64,000 nt of DNA from Macrostomum lignano (Eukaryota), in NCBI GenBank assembly GCA_002269645.1, contig NIVC01002205.1, forward strand, positions 124,001 to 188,000, written 5' to 3'. Shown piece by piece: positions 35,795-48,100 of this stretch. Below the pieces are notes generated by a model that did no database searches, was not told the origin of the DNA, and saw only the letters and a list, made by a program, of their open reading frames with translations. The position numbers and the translations under genes are program-made. Numbering within the stretch: the stretch's first letter is position 1; every line of letters starts with the position of its first letter.

Positions 35795-37660
35795 GATTTA
35801 AGAGCTTGGCCCACAGGTGACAGCTCAGCGCCTGGATGCAGAGACGTTGCAGGGACAGAGAGCTTGGCCCACAGTCTCAGCTTGACCTGTGACAGCTCAG
35901 CGCCTGGGTGCAGAGACGTTGCAGGGACAGAGAGCTTGGCCCACAGTCTCAGCCTGACCTGTGGCAGCTCAGCGCATTGGTGCAGAGACGTTGCAGGGAC
36001 AGAGAGCTTGGCCCACAGTCTCAGCCTGACCTGTGGCAGCTCAGCGCCTGGGTGCAGAGACGTTGCAGGGACAGAGAGCTTGGCCCACAGTCTCAGCCTG
36101 ACCTGTGGCAGCTCAGCGCCTGGGTGCAGAGACGTTGCAGGGACAGAGAGCTTGGCCCACAGTCTCAGCCTGACCTGTGACAGCTCAGCGCCTGGGTGCA
36201 GAGACGTTGCAGGGACAGAGAGCTTGGCCCACAGTCTCAGCCTGACCTGTGGCAGCTCAGCGCCTGGGTGCAGAGACGTTGCAGGGACAGAGAGCTTGGC
36301 CCACAGTCTCAGCCTGACCTGTGGCAGCTCAGCGCCTGGATGCAGAGACGTTGCAGGGACAGAGAGCTTGGCCCACAGTCTCAGCCTGACCTGTGACAGC
36401 TCAGCGCCTGGATGCAGAGACGTTGCAGGGACAGAGAGCTTGGCCCACAGTCTCAGCCTGACCTGTGACAGCTCAGCGCATTGGTGCAGAGACGTTGCAG
36501 GGACAGAGAGCTTGGCCCACAGTCTCAGCCTGACCTGTGGCAGCTCAGCGCCTGGGTGCAGAGACGTTGCAGGGACAGAGAGCTTGGCCACAGTCTCAGC
36601 CTGACCTGTGGCAGCTCAGCGCCTGGGTGCAGAGACGTTGCAGGGACAGAGAGCTTGGCCCACAGTCTCAGCCTGACCTGTGGCAGCTCAGCGCATTGGT
36701 GCAGAGACGTTGCAGGGACAGAGAGCTTGGCCCACAGTCTCAGCCTGACCTGTGGCAGCTCAGCGCCTGGGTGCAGAGACGTTGCAGGGACAGAGAGCTT
36801 GGCCCACAGTCTCAGCCTGACCTGTGGCAGCTCAGCGCATTGGTGCAGAGACGTTGCAGGGACAGAGAGCTTGGCCCACAGTCTCAGCCTGACCTGTGGC
36901 AGCTCAGCGCCTGGGTGCAGAGACGTTGCAGGGACAGAGAGCTTGGCCCACAGTCTCAGCCTGACCTGTGGCAGCTCAGCGCCTGGGTGCAGAGACGTTG
37001 CAGGGACAGAGAGCTTGGCCCACAGTCTCAGCCTGACCTGTGGCAGCTCAGCGCCTGGGTGCAGAGACGTTGCAGGGACAGAGAGCTTGGCCCACAGTCT
37101 CAGCCTGACCTGTGGCAGCTCAGCGCATTGGTGCAGAGACGTTGCAGGGACAGAGAGCTTGGCCCACAGTCTCAGCCTGACCTGTGGCAGCTCAGCGCCT
37201 GGGTGCAGAGACGTTGCAGGGACAGAGAGCTTGGCCCACAGTCTCAGCCTGACCTGTGACAGCTCAGCGCATTGGTGCAGAGACGTTGCAGGGACAGAGA
37301 GCTTGGCCCACAGTCTCAGCCTGACCTGTGGCAGCTCAGCGCCTGGGTGCAGAGACGTTGCAGGGACAGAGAGCTTGGCCCACAGTCTCAGCCTGACCTG
37401 TGGCAGCTCAGCGCCTGGATGCAGAGACGTTGCAGGGACAGAGAGCTTGGCCCACAGTCTCAGCCTGACCTGTGGCAGCTCAGCGCATTGGTGCAGAGAC
37501 GTTGCAGGGACAGAGAGCTTGGCCCACAGTCTCAGCCTGACCTGTGGCAGCTCAGCGCCTGGGTGCAGAGACGTTGCAGGGACAGAGAGCTTGGCCCACA
37601 GTCTCAGCCTGACCTGTGGCAGCTCAGCGCCTGGGTGCAGAGACGTTGCAGGGACAGAGC
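35795..37660. repeat. 72-bp minisatellite (~26 copies)
   Basis: Unit gtggcagctcagcgcctgggtgcagagacgttgcagggacagagagcttggcccacagtctcagcctgacct. One 1-nt deletion near 36589. Confidence 0.97.
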
Positions 37661-38862
37661 GACGCAGTCGCACTAACCATAGAGGAGACTTCAGTAAGAT
37701 TACAGGAAATTCGTACCTGTAGTTCCTGGTCTGGGGCCCAGCCTGAGCTGCAAATTTTAAGGCAGTTTTTGCTTTTAAAATATCCCATGACTGTCGCGAG
37801 TTTGTGTGCGCACCGCTGCGAGACCAGCAGCTCGAATCAGCAGAGCGAATCAGCAATGAGCTGCAGCTTGTGCGGCACCAAGGGCTGCACTGAATGCACT
37901 TTTATGCGCGCTTGAACTGCTGGTTTTGTGTATGTATAAAATGACAAAATTTCTCATGTTGTCACTTTTTCCTTTTTAACTATAAAAGTTGTTTGTTAAG
38001 CATTTCAGGATGCAGTATCGCTGACTTTCCCTCTGTTTTTATCCCTCTCTCTGTCTCTCCCGTTGTCGGTTCCATGAGCTGTTTTGAGTCAGTGCTCAGG
38101 AGATCTGCAGTACTTGGAGGACTCACTGCAAGCTTTGGTCCGCCAAAACCGAGGTAGTGTAACACATGCTTGATTGAGAAGACACTTTTCTGGCTCCATA
38201 TTTTCGCACCTAGTGCTTGCTACTGCCTTTCATCTATTACTGATACGTGATACAGATTTTTCGAGTAAATATTCTCGAATTTTTATTCAGAAGCGTCCCA
38301 AACAGACGAGTGATCCCAACAGGCCAAGAGACCCTGCACCTGTCCACAAGTCCCTGAAGCTCGGCATTTTGATGGCCTTACCTAATAAATTCCCGAGGTG
38401 TTACGCCCAGTTGCTCTGTTGTGCTGTGCTGGTCCTCTGATTCTGCTGTCACTGCAGCCCAAAGGTCTGACTCAGGGTTGCTCTCTAACAGCTGACCATC
38501 TCTTTCTTCTTTCTTTCAATCAACCCACGTTAATTTTACTCGTAGGAAGAAAATCCGGCATCTCATAGTGCGAGCCATATATGCACACCTGACCAATTTC
38601 CATTCCTATGCCTGATCAGTTTAGTTTTGCAGCTCATTTATTCGACCTACTTTTAGCACTAGGTACGAGCTATGTAAATTAATTTCAACCGCTGAATTCT
38701 CCAGCGATCGCCTGCCCTGTCAGAAAGAGGGGGCTGCTGGACCCCCAGATTTGGTATCTGTGCCTTGCATGTCAAATCACCTTGACCTTTGCCCAACTCA
38801 TTTTGCATTTTTCCATGCTGTTTCAAGCACCCGGCCTGTCCAAGGAGGGGAACTGGAGAAAG

Positions 38863-38867
<5 letters not shown>

Positions 38868-38895
<28 letters not shown>
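38868..38895. repeat. (GA)n microsatellite
   Basis: Uninterrupted ga run. Confidence 0.95.
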
Positions 38896-39359
38896 CGGGG
38901 GAAAACCCCGCACTGGAAAAACCATAGCTGAAGAGGAAATTTTCTCGGGAAGGTCGCAGAAATTTTTAGAGCTCTCGAGAGTGAGTCAGCTGTGGCTGAT
39001 TGCTGACTCACATCGGCTTGTTTGACTTCCTGAATCTCTCTTTGTCGGTTACACCTTGCAGTCAGCAAGCAAAGCTTCAACTCATCCAAGTTCGCAAACC
39101 AACTTCGTAAGTTACGGCAAAAGGTAATGTAGCCAATTTCACGGCGCCTTTTCACATTTTTGTTGCTTTGCTTTACCTTACTTAGCTCACTTACGTGTTA
39201 GCTTACTTCAGGGAAAATAGGGAACACTGAACCTCTCCTAAGCTCAGCACCAGTCTCTGTCACATCAAACAGATCTCTCTCAAAGCTGCACGATCTTCAT
39301 AAAAAACTTCACTTCGAATTGTAAACTTGCACTGCCATACTGCCTTTTTCAGTATTTAC

Positions 39360-39790
39360 CTGAATGCACACCCACTTCACTCCTGGATGCACACCCACTT
39401 CACTCCTGGATGCACACCCACTTCACTCCTGAATGCACACCCACTTCACTCCTAAATGCACACCCACTTCAGTTATGAATGCACACCCACTTCAATCCTG
39501 AATGCACACCCACTTCAGTTATGAATGCACACCCACTTCACTCCTGAATGCACACCCACTTCACTCCTAAATGCACACCCACTTCAGTTATGAATGCACA
39601 CCCACTTCAATCCTGAATGTACAGCACTTCAGTCCTGAATGCAAACCCACTTTCTTGAATGCACACCCACTTCAGTCATGAATGCTCACCCACTTCACTC
39701 CTGAATGCACAGCACTTCAGTCCTGAATGCACACCACTTCAGTCCTGGATGCACACCACTTCAGTCCTGGATGCACACCAAACTCATTAA
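39360..39790. repeat. ~23-bp minisatellite tgaatgcacacccacttcactcc
   Basis: Visible tandem array with variants. Confidence 0.93.
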
Positions 39791-39902
39791 ATTTTTTGAA
39801 TGCATAATCCTACTTAAGTCCTGAGTGCGCAACCATTACGTTTAACCCGAAAAAGTTCACTGGTGCAAGAGGGTCACACTTATAAAATATCGAAGTCAGC
39901 TC

Positions 39903-40265
39903 CCTCTGAGTCCGCTTCCATCCACACTGGACTCAGCATCCTCTGAGTCCGCTCCCATCCACACTGGACTCAGCATCCTCTGAGTCCGCTTCCATCCACA
40001 CTGGACTCAGCATCCTCTGAGTCCAATCCCATGCACCCTGGTCTCAGCATCCTCTGAGTCCGCTCCCATCCACACTGGACTCAGCATCCTCTGAGTCCGC
40101 TTCCATCCACACTGGACTCAGCATCCTCTGAGTCCAATCCCATGCACCCTGGTCTCAGCATCCTCTGAGTCCGCTTCCATCCACACTGGACTCAGCATCC
40201 TCTGAGTCCAATCCCATGCACCCTGGACTCAGCATCCTCTGAGTCCAATCCCATGCACCCTGGTC
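39903..40265. repeat. 37-bp minisatellite with an internal 8-bp hairpin, abutting the nuclear receptor ORF
   Basis: ctgagtcc-N15-ggactcag-catcct, ~10 copies. Confidence 0.95.
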
Positions 40266-43200
40266 AAAGGCTGCCGGTGAAAGCCGCCGGAGGGCAAGTT
40301 TCGCAGGAAAGCTGTCTGGCAATTCCATCCCAGTTGCAGATGCACCGGTTCACGACGGCGGTGTCTTCTCTGCACCAGGCCGCGGCGGCTACGGTATTTG
40401 CTTGGCCAGGAATGTCCCGTAGAGGCGGAAGCGCAGGAATCGGAGACGGCAGTGTCGCCACGCCGCAGAATTCGATCTACAGTGGGCCGCACCAGCACAG
40501 CCAGCTGCCCGGCCACCACCAGCACCAGCACCAGCATCATCAGCATCATCGGCCGAAGCCGCCTCTGCCACCCCCGCTGCCGCTGTTGCCTCTGTCGGGC
40601 AAGCCGGAGCCTCTGGCACTGCCGTCTCACACAATTGCCGCCGTTCAGCGTCGCCGCAGGAAGCTGGCCAACAACGGGGGAACCCCGCTGTGCGCCATCT
40701 GCCAGTCACACGCCTCAGGGTACAACTTTGACGTGCTCAGCTGCGAGAGCTGCAAAGCTTTTTTCCGACGCAGTGCCTGGCGACTGCAGTTCGATTCGAG
40801 GGTTGGCACAGCACTTTTAACCCCACTTGTTGTACAACCAGTTCCCTAAGCAACTTCGCACTGATACAACCAGTTCCCTAAGCAACTTTGCACTGATACA
40901 ACCAGTTCCCTAAGCAACTTCGCACTGATACAACCAGTTCCCTAAGCAACTTCGCACTGATACAACCAGTTCCCTAAGCAACTTCGCACTGATACAACAA
41001 GTTCCCTAAGCAACTTTGCACTGATACAACCAGTTCCCTAAGCAACTTTGCACTGATACAACCAGTTCCCTAAGCAACTTTGCACTGATACAACCAGTTC
41101 CCTAAGCAACTTCGCACTGATACAACCAGTTCCCTAAGCAACTTTGCACTGATACAACCAGTTCCCTAAGCAACTTTGCACTGATACAACCAGTTCCCTA
41201 AGCAACTTCGCACTGATACAACCAGTTCCCTAAGCAATTTTGCACTGATACAACCAGTTCCCTAAGCAATTTTGCACTGATACAACCAGTTCCCTAAGCA
41301 ACTTTGCACTGATACAACCAGTTCCCTAAGCAACTTCGCACTGATACAACCAGTTCCTCAAGCACCTTCGAACTGACACAACCAGTTCCTCAAGCACCTT
41401 CGCAATGATACAATAATGCAGTTCCTCAAGTACCTTTGCACCGACAACCAGTTCCTCAAGCACCTTCGAACTGACACAACCAGTTCCTCAAGCACCTTCG
41501 CACTGATACAATAATGCAGTTCCTCAAGTACCTTTGCACCGACAACCAGTTCCTCAAGCACCTTCGAACTGACACAACCAGTTCCTCAAGCACCTTCGCA
41601 CTGATACAATAATGCAGTTCCTCAAGTACCTTTGCACCGACAACCAGTTCCTCAAGCACCTTCGAACTGACACAACCAGTTCCTCAAGCACCTTCGCACT
41701 GATACAATAATGCAGTTCCTCAAGTACCTTTGCACTGACAACCAGTTCCTCAAGCACCTTCGCACCGATACAACCCGTTCCTCAGGCACCTTCGCACTGA
41801 TACAACCCGTTCCTCAAGCACCTTCGCACTGATACAACCATGCAGTTCCTCAAGCACCTTTGAACTAACCACTTCCTCAAGCACCTACGCACCGATACAA
41901 CCAGCTCCTCAAGTACCTTTGCACCGACAACCAGTTCCTCAAGCACCTTCCGCACTAATACAACCATGCAGTTCCTCAAGCACCTTCGCACTGATACAAC
42001 CATGCAGTTCCTCAAGCACCTTCGCACTGATACAACCATGCAGTTCCTCAAGCACCTTCCGCACTAATACAACCATGCAGTTCCTCAAGCACCTTCGCAC
42101 TGATACAACCATGCAGTTCCTCAAGCACCTTCGCACTGATACAACCATGCAGTTCCTCAAGCACCTTCGCACTGATACAACCATGCAGTTCCTCAAGCAC
42201 CTTCGCACTGATACAACCATGCAGTTCCTCAAGCACCTTCCGCACTGATACAACCAGCTCCTCAAGTACCTTCGCACTGATACAACCAGCTCCTCAAGTA
42301 CCTTCGCACTGGCCCTGCCAGTTTTAACTGAAAACGCCACTAATTTTGCACAGCTCCATTAAATGCAATGAAACCTCGCCTCATCCGTTCTCCTTGGATC
42401 AGAACAAGCCGTGCAATCCGCACATCTCCGCCCCACCCAACCACGCCGTGGCAGCTGCGACTCTGCAGGATGGCGGGCAACTGTCCAACCACCGGCCGGC
42501 TGCGCAAGCGCTGCCCCGCCTGTCGGCTGAAGCGCTGCCTTGCCGCAGGGATGAAGCCGGAGCTCATCACGCGTACGTAGCTGGCTGATGAGCATCTCAG
42601 TCGCTCATGGCCACCTCCAGTCTGATATACGAGCAGAAAGTTCCGACAGTATAGAGTCCCTGCCCCATTGCCTCATGTGCGCTCTGGGTAATTAGGCAAG
42701 TAGCGTCTTAAAAACATGGAATAATTAACTCATCAAACTAATGAAAATGGGAAGTGAAAGTGGCAGTAATTTTTCGAGGAACACAGTCGGGCAGTTAATA
42801 CTTTTGTGCAATAATTGCTTTTACCAACTTTATCCGAACACATAAAACTAGTCAAAAATACTTTGCTTTAACGCCACTCAGGCTCCCGATTTTTGCCTAT
42901 CGCTGGCGTTCAAGTGGAGAAACTTCACTCTAAGCTGGGGAATTCTGGAGAAAGACAGAGCTGCTCTTTTCAGTCTGGAATCGACTAGAGGCGCTAATAG
43001 CCCCTCATTTCACCCTGAGTCCCGATGCCCGATGCCGTATCCCCGCCCGCAGCGCTCAGCAAGCTGGTGACCCGGGCCAATTACCGAGGGCGCAAGGAGA
43101 ACCGGCCCGGATTTCTTTACTGGCAGCCCAAGCCACCGCTGATGCAGCCGCTGCCGCCGCCGCAGCTGCCTCCGCCGCCGCCGCCACCACCGCCTCCATC

Positions 43201-44472
43201 GACTGCTACCGTTTCCGCAGTTGCAGCGGTTGCCACAAGCAGCCTCTGGCTGGGTGCCGGCTGTCAGCTGACTGAGCTGACCAATCAGAGGCCCCCGCTT
43301 CCAGGCTGCTTGCCAGCGATTGGGTAAATACTGGACACATTGCGCTTAGCATTTATTCTCTCATGCAGCCCTAACTCACTCATGTGCAACTGTAAAAACC
43401 GATGCCCAAGTAGATCGCAGATCTTTTTTAAAATTTTGAACCACTGAATGCTGAAATCGACTGGAGCTAAGCCCAATCCTGAGAGTTAAGCAGAGTTTGC
43501 CACGGCTAAGAAATAGGCTTGCGGCAGCCTTATAGAGCAATTTGCAAATGGATTTGAGTTCCTCTGTGCATGCTGTGATAGGCTGAACTACAAGGGCCAT
43601 CTCTTTCACCCCCCGTTTTGCACTTTGCCAACACTGCAAGTTTTAGCAATTTTGCTCAAATTCAGGATATTTAGACCTCTCCCTCAAATAGGCCCCGGCA
43701 CCCGCCGGCCAGCTTCACCTACTGGATCAGCGGCACCGGCAGTGAAGACGGCGGCCCCCCACAACAGCAGCAGCTTCCAATGTCCTCCGAGGAGATGCTC
43801 GGCTTCGTGCGTGAGGCCCTGGCCGATTTTTACCGACTCTGCGCTGCCGAGGACAGCGACGCTGGCGGTACCAGGGACATCACCGGGCTCTACAATGGCA
43901 GCACCGGCGGCCTACAACTGGCAGGCAGTTTGCTGTCCGCCCTGCCCAGCATCTGCCTGCTCAGCCCGCGCCACCGCCTCGCCCTGCTGCGCCTTAACAG
44001 CCGCGGTCTGGCGCTCGCGTTTGGCGCCCTCGCCTTTCTGCGACGAAGCGACGCCGCCGTGGGGCCTCAGCAGGGCGCTGCCGCCGACTTGGCTGTGCTG
44101 GTGGGCCGCAGCCCGGACCTGCTGATGGCGCTGGCCTTTTACTGTGCATTCTGCAACGCCGACCGTCTCCCGTCGGAGGCAGCCGAGACTGCCGCCGTGG
44201 AGGCCGCCGTCGCCCATGATGCTCCAGCAGCTGCCGCAGCCGCCGAAGCCGCAGCAGGAGGTCGGCACCGCTCGTTGCGCTGGCTGGCCAGCCGCTCACA
44301 GACCGAGGTCGGCGAATTCATCCGTCTGTACTCCGCCATACTCGGGCTGCCCCGAGCTCCGTACTTCGAGCCCTACTGCTTGTTGCCCAGCCGCCTCCCG
44401 TGCGACCGCCTGACCCGCCGCCTCCTTCGCTGTTACACCAGCAGTCGGCCCTGCAACTCCCTCAGGTTGTAA
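40253..44472 (+). CDS. Nuclear receptor, NR1J/HR96/DAF-12-like; exons ~40253-40801, ~42455-42572, 43020-43323, 43692-44472
   Basis: Zinc finger 1 CAICQSHASGYNFDVLSCESCKAFFRR (ESCKA P-box). Zinc finger 2 CRMAGNC..RKRCPACRLKRCLAAGM. Pro-rich hinge. Divergent LBD-like exon (LPSICLLSPRHRLALLR). Phases are consistent; the start and the exon 2 acceptor are uncertain. Confidence 0.85.
40830..42310. repeat. Intronic compound minisatellite (32-bp unit, 98-bp higher-order unit, ~36-bp unit)
   Basis: ctgatacaaccagttccctaagcaactttgca, changing at ~41350 and ~41770. Lies between the two zinc-finger exons. Confidence 0.95.
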
Positions 44473-46729
44473 GGTCCTGATGGCCGGGCTCCGAGATCTG
44501 CCTGGGCACCGAGACGGAATCAGTATAGCGCTGCAGTGGGACCTTCAGTGAGCTCCTGAAAATAATAAAGGAACCTAAAACAGTTTTGCAATCTTTCTTT
44601 CCGACAGTCTTCAGCTACCTGTATCTTCAGCAAGCACATCTATGCATCGCTAATAAAGTCATTTAGGCTTTCTTTACTCCACCATGATCAATTAAAATTC
44701 ACTATTTTGCAAGCGCCACACAATCCCCTTTCAGATTCTTTTGCATCTCATTTCCGATCCTCCCAAGTCTCTGGGATCAGTTTTACAAAGCTATCATTGT
44801 CTGATTGCAACTCAGCCCACTCTCAGCTGCCATGCACTTCTTGTTCCGGCTTGCCTACTCGTGCTTCTCAATACTGGATTTTTTCTGTTTGTGCTCAGAA
44901 AGTTCACGCTTTGGTTTTGTGTCCTTTGTTAATTTTTGTCAGCTGATTGTGCGTGGTCATTTTTACTGACTTTTCACTCGATCTTGACAGCTCACAGCAG
45001 GTCCGGCTTTTTCAGGTTTATCGAGAAGACGATCGAAAACATCTCGTTCAGGCCGTCATTGACTTGGGTTAGGGTTAATATTCATGATTTTGGTTTGAGC
45101 ATCGAATTTGCTTCTACCGACTGTGAGCTGGAGAACGATGTAAAGCAAAATTGTTATTAAATTTTTGCTTTTGTTTTCGTCAGTTGTATTCAGTGTTTTC
45201 AATCTCACCACAGAATATCATCTCACCTCAAAGTTTCTTCGACTCCAAGCACCAGCGAAGATGAATTTTATCAGGTAAGTACAAGCAATACATAAAGTAC
45301 AGATCCCACTGCAGTAGCGATTCCTTAATGTAAATTAGGTCTACAGTATGGCGAAAAAATTTCTAAAACTTCCAGCACACTCAGAGAAATTCTATCAAAA
45401 TAATTTTATGTCCTGTTTTAACACAGATTTTTAGTTTCTGCTGCAGAGCGTTCATTGGTGATGGTCGTATTTCCGCACACAAGTGTATGTTAGGACTGTA
45501 ACGCTAGGTAATGTACTTTCATAGTTAATTACACAAACTGATGGAAAAGCTAAAGCCAAATACAATAAATTTTATTCATTAATACTCAATGTTCTCGATA
45601 AAACTCTCACTTTCATAGCTTTTTTTACCTGCAATTGTGTATTAATGTTGTGATATATTTTGTTTGTAACAAACTTTTCAGTTTACAACGGTCTGTCTTT
45701 TATGTAGTGTAATCAGAGACTGCAGCCATCGAGAGCCACCTTAATGCTGGTATTTAAGTAGATAAGGATAGAAGTGATTGCTGACAATTATATGGTAAAT
45801 TGAGGCATCATTTGGTGCATTGACACAGTATACTGCAAGAGGCAAGTTTGCTTCGTGCAGGTCTCCTAATAATTACGTATATACGTAATTATTAGTATAC
45901 GACCTAGTTCAGAAGAAGTGGCAGTAGACATGCTTATACCTGTGTAGAAGGCTACCCAGCCTCTGTACGAGAAATGTGCTGTTGCAATACCTTGAAGACC
46001 TTGAAGCTGCCATTTTGTCTTATGCCGCAGATAGTCTCAAATTCGTGTTAAATGTAATCTTTATTATATGCGCAGAAAATTAACTGATTTTAGCATCGTT
46101 TTGTTCCAATTTTTCGATCAAACAATTATTGCAGATAAAAAATAAATGTTGACCGTTGTTTCCTTATCAGAAAAATCAGTCCGTGTCAGCTCTTCATCAA
46201 GACTGTGGCCACTATGACTGAAAGAGTTGCATTTTTGCAAAGCCTGGTTTAGTTGAAATGGCTTGCTTTAAACCATGAAGCAGTTGTATTGAAAATTTAT
46301 ATAAAACGGCAGCAAAGTGCTATTAATGCATCGGAACACAAATAGGTACGAGGGCTTACAAAAGACTCGTCAAATAATCGCGTGGAGAAAAAGTCAAGTC
46401 TGAGCAGTGGAACAGAGTAGTAGCTTCGTTTGAGGGAAGCGCGGCAACGAATTGCAAGCACGAAAATTAGTGGAAGGGGTGAAACAGCTGCTGTACATGT
46501 AAATAAATCGTTATAGTACGAGCGCAATAAAGCTGAAAAGGCTATGCTGGCAGAACTATCTACTATACCTGCTATGATTTCTTCAAGTTGACAAAATATT
46601 TTAGCATTTTTCTCGCACGTATCCCAACAGCAGTAGATTACAGACTGTGCCAGGAGCTCTAATTAAAAGTGCTCAGCTAAGCTTTGAGCTACGCACGCCT
46701 TCATGCTGAGTCTCCATGACAGGCACGCA

Positions 46730-48100
46730 TCATACAGTGATGACCCGCGCATCCTTGGGAAAGCTGATGACTCCAGCGCCTACGAACTCGAGCACCTTGT
46801 TGATGGATACCTGGTCAAAGAGGCATTTGTCCCGGTGGAAAAAGTGCAGCAGGCGGCCAGGACCAGCCACCAGACAGCCACCGTTTTGGTACATATCGGC
46901 CGAGAAATCCTGGTACCACATTGCGCGGTAGGTGCTCTGCAGGACACCAGACACCCAGCCTGACTTCACGTGCTTGCTGCTTGCAAGGGTCTCTGTGGAG
47001 AGAAGGCACCAAATATCAGCAAAGCATTTAGCCCCAAGAGCAACTAAAAGAGAATGAATTCTATTTTATGAGAACTTCCCATGGTAATTCTCAGGGAAAC
47101 ACTTACCTCCAGTGCTGGTCACCAGAGTGAAGCCCAGCTCCTTGTACAATGCCATCTCAGGGTCACAGTAGACAGAGTGGCCAAGCATGAACTCGGTGCG
47201 AAATGTCTACAGTTATTTGTGGTAGTTCAATAATTTTCATTCATATTATTGAAATTTTTTACCTCCAAAAGCTTTTAGTGGGCCATCAAAAGAGTACTCC
47301 CTGAGATCAGCAAACTATATATGGTTTTATTTTAGTTGAATTTACATTTGACATTATCTACGAGCATAAATATACATTAACACAAGAAACTCTCGGGTAC
47401 TAACAAGCAGCAGGAATTTTAACAGCAGCCAATAGGTCGTTATTATTGTGGCACAAACTTACAAATGCTGTTTCCGATTTGGATGGCAGAATTATAGCCA
47501 ACTGAACATTTACTTCCTCCAGCATTTCGGTAGAAACACGACACAAATCATCCATGTACTCCTTCACAGTGAAGCACTGCGGATGCTAAAATGAAGTTCA
47601 AAGCATGATAAATATATAAAAATCCTACATCTTATTTTCATATACCAAAACCTATTATTAACTTGCTAACTAACTAATTATAAAATTCCCCACATTATTG
47701 ACTTAAAATCTTCACTAACAAAAATATGATACAAATACAAATCCTCACAGATAGCAAGCATGATAAAGTAAACATTTTAGTATTCTCAATGTAGTATTTA
47801 CAGAGTAGTTTGTAAGTCAATTGAAATGTTGCGCCATCTTTTATATATTAGTGTTAGATGCTAGAGAGCACAAACAGTTTAAAAAACACTTTAAAATATT
47901 CAGAAAGTTGAAATACTTACACGAAGAAAAATAATAATTGTTTTCTTCATCTTATATATTTCACCAAAGCGGATTGCATTCTCACGCTCATCAAATAAAA
48001 CATAATCCTCAACTCTCTCTAAATCAATGTCAGAGTCGTCAGTTTCTCCCCGAGACATGCGAATCTTAAAAACCTTTTTAACCGGAGCAGGCGTGGCCAT
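46730..48100 (-). CDS. PRXL2C: Peroxiredoxin-like 2C / AAED1 (AhpC-TSA_2); exons 48100-47921, 47585-47463, 47206-47107, 46992-46730 (221 aa)
   Basis: IRFGEIY..IIIFLRHPQCFTVKEYMDDL..VYCDPEMALYKELG..QNGGCLVAGPG..HFFHRD. Three GT-AG introns in phase. Confidence 0.88.

Noticed and set aside
39903-40265. CRISPR-like array (palindromic repeat, 37-bp period)
   Set aside because: The loop sequences are two recurring variants, not unique spacers. No cas genes, and the context is eukaryotic.
41358-42340. Repeat-protein ORFs (VSVRRCLRNCMV, KVLEELHGC)
   Set aside because: They lie in the intron between two zinc-finger exons. They are by-products of the minisatellite.
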